Positions 25,501-36,113 of a stretch of DNA of 64,000 bases are shown here, one piece after another (position 1 is the first letter of the stretch; each line of letters starts with the position of its first letter). Below the pieces are notes generated by a model. That model was not told where the DNA came from, ran no database searches, and worked only from the letters and a program-made list of their open reading frames with translations. A program made the position numbers and the translations under genes. This DNA comes from Cyanophora paradoxa CCMP329. Its lineage: Eukaryota; Plantae; Glaucophyta. The stretch spans positions 62,001-126,000 of the forward strand of contig QPMI01000013.1 in NCBI GenBank assembly GCA_004431415.1. The letters are read 5' to 3'.

Positions 25501-25994
25501 CGGGCTACAAAAGGGCGCGCCTGGGAGCTGAGGTCGCGCATCTCGCCGTCGGAGCGGCGGAGCTTCTTCGCCGCGGCGGCGTCCCCGTAGCTCACTTCAA
25601 GCGTGTACATCTGCGGGGACCCTCTGAGTCGGCGCGCGGCGGCGGCCGAGTCGCCCAGGCGGGCGGGCCGCGGACCCGCTTCACGTTGCCGTCCCGATCC
25701 TCGCCGGCGTCCTCCACGGAGAGCACCTTGCAGCCGAGGCGACTCGGCGTCTTCGGGCCCTTCGAGAGCTGCGTTACTTTGAACTTCAGGCGGTCCGGGT
25801 TCGAGGCGGTCTCCTTGAACTGAGGCGGAGTGAGCCGGCGCGGCCGCGACCGACGCACGAGCGGCCCTCACCAGGTTCCATATGGACCGCCGGAAGGCAG
25901 CTAGGTACTCTTTCTCGAAGGAAGCGCACACGGCATTGCCGGTGGTCTGCAGTCCCGCGATTTGCGACTCGCTTATTGAGACGGAGGCGCCCAT
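22531..25994 (-). CDS. Niban/FAM129-like helical protein with N-myristoylation motif and a PX domain; 3' end approximate
   Basis: MGASVS start; PX-like YTLEV...LRRSDGEMRDLS...PP...RQRQSVEALLDFM...VQEFF; long helical region resembling the Niban bundle. Family call is from recalled similarity only. Confidence 0.65.
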
Positions 25995-26760
25995 CGCTGC
26001 TCCGGGGCGGCTCTCCTGAGCTGGACCAAACTCCTCCGAGTGCTGTTGCCGCTATCAACCAACGACACCAGCGCAGTTACACGATGGTGCGAATCGACTG
26101 TCTCGCGGGTGGCGCTGGTCGAGAGCCAGACGTCGCAGCCTGCAGGTCGAACACGCTGCAAAACGAAGGCTCTGCGAGAGTTGTGCGGCGGCGAGCGGCT
26201 GCGGCTCCCGGTACTTTGGTGCTGCACCAGACGGTGCTGACCAGCGACTGGGGTAGGCAATTTCACGCGGGGTTTACCAGCGGGCTTCGCGGCGGCTGCG
26301 GCTACGGAGGCTGGAACAAGGAGCTTTGCAGATGCTGTGCGATAAAGAACAAAGCAGCTGGCCGCTAGAGCTGAGCGACGCTGACTGCCTTCGAAATTCG
26401 ATGCGTACCCGGCTGGGCGCCAGTCGGACCAGTCCGACCCAGTCGGCTAGGTCAGCCGGCAGCCGATCCCCTCGTAGGCATCTTCCCGTCATTGCGGACT
26501 GCCGCACCTGACCTGACGCCTGACTGTCAGAAGCCCTTCGTCCTGTCCGAACTTCGGGACGCATTTAGCATCCGCCAAACACGCGCACAGTGTTCTCGCA
26601 GCTCGTAGACTTCAGTGCAGCAGTCTACGCGGACAACCGTTGAACAGATCGGACAGATTAGCTGCAGGCGCGCCTGTAAGCCGGATATCGCTCGTCATAC
26701 ACAAGCCCGCTGCCGCGGCAAACACTGGGGAACCGCGGATCCTCTCGGCGCAAGAGCAAG

Positions 26761-28594
26761 ATGGCCTCAAGCGGGCAGCTATCAGACAGCGAGCGACTGG
26801 ACAGGATCCGAGGCTCGCTCATGGGCCTCGCGGTTGTCGACGGTGCGGCATGCTAGCGCCGCTTCAGATGCTGGCGCTTGTCGCGCTCGCACCGAACTGC
26901 AGCTGACGCGCGCGCTTCTCTCCCGCAGCCCTCGGGACGGTGAGCCCGCGGAGAGGCCGCGCCCGCGACGCATCGATCGTGCTCGAGTCTGTAGCTAACG
27001 CCGCCCGCAGACTTTGGAGTTCAAGCCGCCTGGAAGCTTCAAGGCCCGCCCCGCCCCGCCCCCGCCCGCCCCCCACGGCCCCTTCGGCCGCGCCCGAGCC
27101 CCGCGCAGAAGCACACGGATATCACGGGTGGGGGCCCCTTCGGCCTGAAGCCGGGCCAGTGGACGGACGACACGAGCATGGCGCTCTGCATGGCCGCGAG
27201 CCTCTGCGAGAAGCAGGCCTACGACCCCGTCGACACCATTGCCCGCTACAAGATGTGGTGCGCGGCCGCCCCGCCCCAGGCGCGCCCGCCGGCTTCTAAC
27301 AGGGCCGGGACGGGTACTTACAGGTTCGCGCAGGGGTACATGAGCTCGACGGGCCGCTGCTTCGACATCGGAAACGCGACGCGGGCGGCGCTGGCGCGGT
27401 ACCACGGGGGGGCGGACCCCTACTGCGGCTCGACGGACCCGAAGACGGCGGGAAACGGCTCGATCATGCGCCTCTGCCCCGTCGTCCTGGCCTTCTCCAC
27501 CTGCCCCGAGCTCGCCGTCGAGCTGGCCGGCGACAGGTCCGTCCACTAGGCTACTAGGCTAATCAATTTGATCCATCAGATTCGATCTAAGATCTAACTA
27601 TCCCATCAGCTCGGCAACAACGCACGCGGCGGAGGCGGCGGTGGACGGGTGCCGCCTGATGGCGGCAGCCATGCTCGCCGGCCTCGCGGGGCGCCCCAAG
27701 GCCGACGCCCTCAAGCCCGCCGAGGCCTTCCCCGCCCCGGGGTACTGGTCCGTCCGACGACGCTCCGCTCCGTTCCGCTGTGTCTTACGTTGCGCTCGTC
27801 TCTTAGGGCCCGCCGGCCCCTCCGCGACCCCGGCCTCGTCGCCCTCGCCGCCGGCAGCTTCGCCTCGCAGGCGGTGCGCGCGGCGTACCCCCCTCCGTCC
27901 TCCTATACCCCTCCTAACCCCCGCTTCCCCCGCTCCAGGAGCCGCCGAGGAGCACGGGGTACGTGGTGCAGACGCTGCTGTGCGCGATGTGGGCGCTGCA
28001 CACGACGGACAACTTCCGGGACGGCGCGATCGCGGTGGTCAACCTCGGGGGCGACGCCGACACCGCCGGTGCGGCCCCGCCCCCTCCATCTAATCTATCT
28101 ATCTATCTAAAGCCATCTACATCTATCTATCTACCCATCTATCTCGTCTCCGTCCATCCTGCAACGTCTCACTTGATCTTCTTCTTCTTCTTCGGCAGGG
28201 GCGGTCTACGGGCAGATCGCGGGCGCCCTGTACGGCCTGAAAGGCATACCCCCCGAGTGGCTCGCCAAGGTCAGCCCTGCCCAGCTCAGCTCAGCGAGGC
28301 CAGCCCGGCCGGCCCGGCCCCGCTGATCCATTTCTCCCGGGCAGGTGCACGCGCGGGAGATGATCCTGGACCTCGCCGACCGCCTCTTCGAGCTCTCCCG
28401 CCCCGCCCGCCTCCACCGCGCCGTCTCCGACCTCGCCCCCCGCCGCCTCTTCCTCCAGCACCAGGTCCGTACCCCTCTAGATCCCCTTAGCCTTCAAGGC
28501 TTCTTCGCTTATGGTTTCGCGCATGCAGGTCGACCTCGCGCAGACGGCCGCCCAGCTTGCCGCCGCCGCCGGCAGCGACGGGGCGCAGAAGTGA
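26761..28594 (+). CDS. ADP-ribosylglycohydrolase (DraG/ARH family)
   Basis: RIRGSLMGLAVVDALGTTLEF, GQWTDDTSMALC, CFDIGNAT, AGNGSIMRLCP, VNLGGDADTAGAVYGQIAGALYG. Confidence 0.95.
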
Positions 28595-28691
28595 TCCCCT
28601 CTCGCTTGCTTCAGCTTTATCTTACGTACGAGCCGGCCACTATTATACAGGGGCAGCTAGCTGTAGCCAGGTAGCTTACATAATTTATAAG

Positions 28692-29762
28692 CTAGAGATT
28701 GAAGAGGTGCTTCTTGTAGAAGTGGAGCTCCTCGATGCTCTCCTTGATGTCCTGGAGGGCCCGATGCGCCCCGCTCTTGGGCGGCGCCTTCTTGAAGGCT
28801 GCGCGAGGAGGGGCCGGCCGCGTGGGCGGGGGGCGGGGAGGGTTACGGGGTACGGGATTGGCGCACTCTCCGGCGCCCACCGGCGGCAGAGCTCCTTGAT
28901 CGTGCTCACGTCCACGATCTGCCGGGGGTGCGGCGTCAGAGCGTACAAGAGGACAGGGCTTCGGGATCGCCCCGAGAACAAAGCGCGGCGCACCCGGTAG
29001 TGCAGGTACTTGAGGAATGACTGCGAGGGCGCGGGGTTAGAGGGGACTAGTACTGCTGGCGCGGCTCGCCGCGGGGGCGCTAGATCGGGGGTACAGGGAG
29101 ATTATACGCGGCGCACGGGCATGTCCTTGCGAAGGAACCTGGAGGGGGCGGGGCGGGGGTGAGCGGGCGCCCGGGAAACAAACAAGCGGGGAGCCCGCGT
29201 CGGCTCGGCGCATGCGCACTCTTTGTCGGCGTGGACGCTGTTGCCGGCCAGCGGGCACTTGCCTTCCGGGCAATTCTTTCTTACAAACTCGAGCACCTGG
29301 CGGAGGAGGACGTGAGCGCGGGGCCCAAGGCGCGCGGCGGAGAATACAGGTCGAGCCCTGACCATGCTTTCCGCCTCCTTCATGCTGATCTTCGAGTCGC
29401 GGCAGCGCTGCGTCAGGCCGGACTCGCCGTGATGCTTCTTGCACCAGTCGTTCATCCCGTCCAGCAGCTCGTCAGACGCGTGGATGCTGCGCGCACGAGG
29501 CCGGCTGTGAGCTCGAGCGCTCCACGTATACGTCGCGGAACAAAACGCGCACGTGATCTCTGGGCTCTCCGCAATGACATTGAGATTGCTGTCCGTAACG
29601 ATGACGGCGATTTCGAGCAGGTAGTCTTTCGTAAGGTCCAGACCTGGCGCGCGACTGGTCAGCTCGCGGGGCGCTGTAGGCCCGGCCCACGCGGCGCGTA
29701 GACGTGTAGGCGCGCATACCAGACATCTCACAGTCGACCCACACGAGGCGCTCTTCCGCCAT
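28692..29762 (-). CDS. orn: Oligoribonuclease (Orn/REXO2, DEDDh)
   Basis: LVWVDCEMSGLD, LLEIAVIVTD, HHGESGL, PLAGNSVHADK, LHYRIVDVSTIKEL, HRALQDIKESIEELHFY. Confidence 0.96.
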
Positions 29763-30227
29763 GGAGATAGCTACAAGCTTGATCTGAGCGAGGACTTCGG
29801 GAAGTCAACGCCGAGCGGCACTTCCTGAGGCGTGCGGTACATCACGTACGCGGTCAGGGAGATCGCTCTGGCAGCTGCGGGGGGCCCAGCGAGACGAATG
29901 CGATGGTAGCGGGATGTTTCGGTAAATGCGACGCGATGGCGACTGCGCTGCGCTAGTTCAAGTGATGGAGTCGACCGCTTTGTTCGCCGCAGACCCGCCG
30001 GTTGGGCGCAGAGCGGCGTTTCGGTTTGAGCGCAATGGTCGCTGTACCGGGGGGAGGGACGATCCGCGGGTACAGCCGCATATTGCGTCTTGTTGGCCGG
30101 CAGGATTCGAAGCACATTCTGGCCGGAATAAGGCGACCGGCGAGCTAGCCGGAAGGGCCCACAGACAAGGCAGTAGACTAGGCCGGAGCACGGCGTCAGC
30201 GGTGCAGTCGGTCGACCTGAACCCCGA

Positions 30228-33200
30228 ATGATGGAGGCCCAACAGGTAGTCTCTCTGCATTCATGTGTTCGCCGTTTGTGTCGCGCATGTGCCGCCTGAC
30301 GCCCGCGGGCGGCGCTGCAGCACATCGGGCCTTTCATCCTGGGGAAGACGCTCGGCGTTGGCAGCACGGGTGCGTGAATGCGCAGATGCCAGCGCAGCCC
30401 CGCAGCGGGAGCGGCGAATCGCTGAGCGTACGTGCCGCCGCGCAGGCAAGGTCAAGCTCGGCATACACAAGGACACGGGCCAGAAAGTAGCAATCAAGAT
30501 TGTCAAAAAGGAGTTTCTGGAGTCCAAGCCGTCTCTGCGGCGAAAGATTGAGCGCGAAATCGCTGTGATGAAGCTTATCGACCACCCGCACGTCCTGCGG
30601 CTCTACGACGTCTTCGAGACGGTCTCGCATCTGTGCGCCACCTTCGTGCACTTCGCGCCTGCGCTTGGGCTCATGCATACCCTCCCCAGCTTCCTCGTGC
30701 TGGAGCACGTCGAGGGCGGCGAGCTCTTTGACTACCTGGTGAAGAAGGGCCGGCTGGACCCGCTGGAGGCGCACCGTTTCTTCCGGCAGATCATCGGTGG
30801 ATTGCAGTACTGCCACCGCCAGCTGATCTGGTGCCCCGCTCTCCCGCCTGGCGCGGTTCTTCTTGCTGACTGCGGTCCCGCGCTATGCAGCCACCGCGAT
30901 CTGAAGCCGGAGAACCTTCTTCTCGATGCGAACATGAACATTAAGATCGCTGACTTTGGTATGGCGTCGATGATGAAGGACGGCGCCCTTCTGGAGACCA
31001 GCTGCGGGTCCGCGCGGCTCAGCCAGCCGCTCGACCCGCCCTGACGCGAAAGCCCGCAGGTCCCCGCACTATGCAAGCCCAGAGATCGTTATGGTGCTCT
31101 TTCCCACATTCCCTGCTCCGATTTCCGCGCGCTGAACCGCGGCACAGGGAACCAAGTACAATGGAATGGAGGCGGACGTGTGGAGTTGCGGCGTTGTTCT
31201 CTATGCGCTCCTTACCGTGCGTTCCTCTCTCGCTTCTAGAGAGCACTTCTGATGCGCGGCCGCAGGGCAAGCTCCCGTTCGACGACGAGAACATGCAGCG
31301 GCTCCTCGGCAAAGTGCGCGGCGCCGCTGCGTGCGCATTCCGTGCGCGCGGCGCGCCTGACGCGCCGCCCGCAGGTGCGGAGCGGGATCTTCACGATGCC
31401 GGCGCACCTGTGCCCGGACGCAAAGGACCTGATCTGGAAGATGCTGACGGTGGACCCAACGAAGCGCATCTCGGTGGAGGGCATCAAGAAGCACGCCTGG
31501 TACCAGAAGTTCCTCACCGAGAAGGAGATCGAGGAGGAGTCGGAGGCCGAGCGCGAGACGCCCGTGCGCGCCGCGCCCCGCGTGGACGGGCCTCCTGCCT
31601 CCAGCGGGCCGCGCTGACGCCGCGGCGGCCGCAGTCGATGGAGCCTGTGAGGGACTTCGACGGGGCGGACCCGGAGATCATCCGCACGCTGAAGACGCTC
31701 GGCTGGGGCAGCGATGAGCAGCTCCGCGAGTCGCTCTGCTCGGAAGAGTGCGCGCCGCCTCCGCCGCCGCCGCCGCCGCCGCGCGGGGCCGACCGACTGA
31801 GCGCGCGGCGCGCAGGCCGAACCTCGAGAAGGTGTTCTACCGGCTGCTGGAGAAGCGGAAGATGGAGCGCTTGGCGGGCGACGCGTACGCGCCGCGGCCC
31901 GTGCCGGCCGGCCCCTCCACGCCGCCCATGTCCGCGCCGGATCTACAGCAACAGGGCGCCTCCCCCGAGCCCCTCTCCCTCGCCCCCCAGGCCCAGCCCC
32001 CCGTCCCCAGCCGCATCCCGCCCACCGCCACCCCCGCCGCCCCTCTCCCCCCAGCGCCCTCCACCACCTCTGCCGCCCCCGCCCCTTCCCACCCGCAAGC
32101 GAATCTGCCCCCCGTCCCGTCCGCTCCGGCCGTGCCTGCGAAGCCGCCGCCGCCGCCGCCGCCGCCGAAGCCGCCGCTGCCGCCGCTGCCGCCGCGCCCG
32201 GAGGCGCACGCCAACGGCGAGACGGACGGACACGCCCACGGGCCCGACTCGGGCCGCGGGGGAGGACACAGCGACAGCCCGCGTGCGCTCCGGTTCCCTG
32301 CCCAGCCTACGATTACGCCCCGCTTAGCTCTGCCGGCAGGCCCGGACGACCTGTCGCCGCGGACGGGCGCGCCGCAGATCGTCATTGGCCGCGAGCGCCT
32401 CGACTCTCAGGACGACGGTGGTGCGCTCGCCGTCGCCTGCGCCGGCGCGCGCGTTATTGCCGGATGACCGACGGGCAGGGACCTCCACGCGCGGCTCAGG
32501 CGATCGCAACCGTGGCTCTCTGGACAAGGACGCGGACCGCCGTGCCGCCACGAAGCAGGGCAAGGGCTCCTGGTTCCAGCGCTCCACCCGCAACATCTGT
32601 GCGCCCTCCTACCCCTCGCCCCGCCCCGTCCAGCCCCGCCCCGGCCGACGCGCGCCGCGCGCGCGCAGTCGGGCGGCACAAGAAGGAGGAACAGCAAGAG
32701 GAGGAAGAGGACCCCCAGATCCCCTCCAGGCCCGCCCCGCCCCGCCCCGCCCCGCTTTGCTTTGCTTTGCTTTGCTCTGCTTTGGGCTCCCTGACGCGCG
32801 CGCGCAGCCCGAAGCTGACCAAGTCGTGGTTCCACAACCTCTTCGGGATCTCGGGCCACGGGCACGGCACGCACGGCGAGAAGTCCGGCGTCCACTCGAC
32901 CCACGACGTCACAGAGACGCTCCAGGAGGCGCGCCGGCGCTCGCTCGCCCTTGTGGCCGGGGGCGAACGAACCCCGCTGCCGCGTTCGCTGGCTGACGGG
33001 GCGGCGCGGCGTGCAGGTGCACCGCGCGCTCGCTCAGCTTTCCATTCCGTGGAAGACGCTCTCGGACTCGCCGCCCGTCCTGCGGGTCGACTTGCCCGAC
33101 GAGGCCCCCGGCCCGGCGGGCGCCCCGGCGGCCCCCTCGGCGGCGCCCTCGGGCGTGCGCATCCAGATCGACCTGCGGCCGATGGAGGAGGTGGCGGGGA

Positions 33201-33310
33201 GCGCGGCGGCGGCGGCCGGGGGCGTTATGATCAACTTCCAGCGGGTCGCGGGCGACGCCGCCAAGTACCGCAACCACATCGAAGCCATCCAGCGCGAGCT
33301 CGCACTCTAG
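30228..33310 (+). CDS. BRSK/SAD-like CAMKL Ser/Thr kinase with UBA-like and C-terminal KA1-like regions
   Basis: [86 protein letters not shown]; C-terminal INFQRVAGD. 15 introns. Confidence 0.93.
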
Positions 33311-33515
33311 CCAGCCCAGCAGCCCTGCCCTGCTGCCCCGCCCCGCCCCGCCCCGCCCGGGCCCCAGCGCCCCGCCCCGTGCTGTCGGCCCCGCTGTACC
33401 AATGTCAAACCTCTAGATCTTCCGCACCGCGCATGCTTGAACCGGCCTGCCTAGCCGTCAAGCCTGCATCAAGCCGAGTCAAGTCTGCAGGATCGAAGGC
33501 GGACGATCGGGTGCG

Positions 33516-34676
33516 ATGAGCGCAATGGGAAGGAGCATCGCGCGTCGTCGTGACTGCAACGCTCTTCGTCTCGCCGTCGCTGCATCGCTCCTCAGCCTAG
33601 CTCTCGCGTCGTCATGCATCAGCCCGCCGCCATCGCCTATCTTGCGGAGGGATCTCGTTGACGTGAGGCCCACAGCCCTAGAGATGCCGTACGAGGTGAG
33701 CGACGCGGCGGTTGTGGACTCGCACGCTATCGTGCTCTTTCCCTCGCGCTCAGGCACGCCTGTCAACGAGACCATCGTCCGCTCCGGCGGAGCGGGCGAA
33801 ATGCGTTTGGTGACCGGCCTCACGCCGGGCGTTCAGTACACGCTGTACCTTGTCCTCGCGAACGCGGCCGGCACAGCCTCCTCCTCGATCCAGTTCACGA
33901 CGCCCCTTGTGGAAGGTGCGCCCTTCCCGTGCGAGGCTGCAGCTGGGCTTCGACGCGTAGCTATAGGCTATGGTGCGCGGCACCAGAGGGCTGACGGGTT
34001 GTTACGGGCCCACGCGCAGAGCCGGCAAGCACACCTGTAGGCTGCTTCAACGCGAGCAGCGTAATCGATGACTTCGAGGTTGTGGGGCTAGGCATCATGG
34101 GCTCTGCTCCCCTTCCCTTGAGCAACTGCGCGCACACCGCGCGAACGAGAGGGTGCGATGGGGGTGGCGCTGAGAGTGCCTGCGGGCGTCTGACGGCGCG
34201 GCAGGTATCGGTACTTCGGTGAGACCGCGGCGCGTCCAGAGACCAGCTACATCACGTGTTTCGCAAGCAACAGCCTTGCCTCCCTGACGGCCGGCGGCGC
34301 CTCTTCTTGCTATAGCGGGTGCGCCGTTGCGGGCGGGCCAGGGTCAGGGGTTGGAAGTTTGCGCTATAGCTATTCATGAGCTGCTGTGGGGAGACGGTGT
34401 TGATCATGACCTATGAGGCCTGACTTCATCGCGTGCGCAGATCGGCCATGCAAGTGACGTCGCAAGTTGTTGGCCCATGCAACGTTAACTTTCAGGGGTC
34501 CCTGCCTGCGCTGGTTGGGTACCGCCAGGCCACATCGCTGTGTGTGCAGTACCCGTTTGCGGTCACTGACGTCGAAGCTGCTTCTTGCGGAATGCATTGA
34601 TCATTATACATCCGTGATCCATTCTATTTATGTTTTTTATGCTTGTTTTGATCTGTTTAAATTTGGTACAATGTGA
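33516..34676 (+). CDS. Secreted fibronectin type III domain protein; 3' exons uncertain
   Basis: Signal-like LRLAVAASLLSLALASS and FN3 core VTGLTPGVQYTLYLVLANAAG..S...FTT, followed by Cys-containing exons. Confidence 0.6.
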
Positions 34677-35008
34677 AAATAAGCACATAGTGCGCCGATC
34701 ATGCGACATCGGTGCCGGGGGAGGGGAGGGGAGGGAGGGAGTGCGAGGGGAAGGCGGGAGGGGGCCATGGCCAGCGCTGCGCATATGCATGCGCATGCAT
34801 ATAGATACGCATGCATGTGCGCAGGTTATTAGGCGAGGCCTAGCGCTGATCATGACGCTGCCGATCGCGATATAGGCTAGCGATGCAGCTGGTCTATTTC
34901 GTCGCGAGCGCCAAGGTCGCGATCGACCAGGACCTGAACGATTGGAAAAATGTTTAATTTGATGAACGTGTGGCCGCCCCGGGCGGCCGCGCGCGGGCGC
35001 CGGCAGTA

Positions 35009-35790
35009 CTAGTCTCGGACCTGCGCATACGGGGGCGGAGTCATGATCCTGATGAAGTTTAGATTTCCGAACTCAACCAAATGCACGGGCACCTTCAACG
35101 TCAATCCCAGACTCAACGACTTCAGAAGATAGTATGCGTTGTCCTTTTCTGAATGCACCTGATCTGTGGGGATCCCGGACTTGATCTGTGGGCAACCAGG
35201 CCGAAGAAGCGACCACATTCCAGCGCGGCCTCATGTCCATCTTTCAGGCACAGGACTACCTCGCCGCGAGCGGTCTTGAACACGCGCAAGCCCTCGTAAT
35301 TGAACTGCGTGGAACGTCCTTGCAGGTAGTTGGCCTCATACCACTTCTGGATCGAGCCGAGGTCTGGCGCGCGCCGTACGCGTCGTAGCGCTTAAAGAGC
35401 TCGCGGATGGGCTGAGGGGATCGAGACCTGCGTGTCCACGTTCAGCTCCTTGGCCTTCTCCGGCCATATCCGCGCGAGCAAGCTCCCGGAGCCGCTGCTG
35501 GGCATGGCCGGCCCCGAACGCGTACGCGTCTTGCAGCTTGAAATGAGGAATCCGCGCGCTCGATAGAGCCAAGGTCCACGTTGTCGACGCCGTCGACTGC
35601 GCAGGCGAATGCTCGGGTGAGCTCGTTCATGCATATGTACATGTAGACGGCCGCGGGCGCGTGCCAGCGAACGCTCAAGTCTCACCGATAAAGGCGACAT
35701 ATCGCTGCCGACGCTGCGGACATATCGGCGGCTCGAGTTGTTGATGATATATAGAAGTGCTTGATCCGCTGCAGAGCCTCGGAGAACGCC
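35009..35790 (-). pseudogene. Frameshifted, apparently intronless ORF relic, possibly from a GIY-YIG-like nuclease or mobile element
   Basis: Lower-GC segment with protein-like fragments in shifting frames (KHFYIINN, YVAFIGET, LSVRWH, WPEKAKELNVD, DLGSIQKWYEANYLQG) broken by short direct duplications. Confidence 0.3.
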
Positions 35791-35844
35791 CGCGGCCGAC
35801 TTCGGGAATCCCGGCTAGCGCCGGGCGCCGGCGGATTGGTGCGG

Positions 35845-35882
35845 CAGTTACTCGGCGGTTAGTCGGCAGTTAGTCGCAGTTG
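35845..35882 (+). promoter_or_regulatory. Cluster of four CNGTTR (MYB-core-like) sites upstream of the crystallin-repeat gene
   Basis: CAGTTA 35845, CGGTTA 35856, CAGTTA 35867, CAGTTG 35877; spacing 11, 11 and 10 bp. Confidence 0.4.
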
Positions 35883-36113
35883 CGAGCTGCTGCGCTGTTC
35901 GTGGGCCCCTTTTGAGAAGCGCGACCACGGTGGGCTGTCGACGTCACAGTGTCCTTTTTGTTGTACGCAACTGGGGTACGCTGCCTGCTTCGTGCGCGAA
36001 AGGAGCCACGGGTCCTGGGCTCCTTGGAGACATTCTTTCGGTCGTGTCATCTAGCAGGCTTCTGGCAGGCGAGCTCGAGGCACGTCTCCGCGGGCATAGC
36101 GTAGTCAGATACG

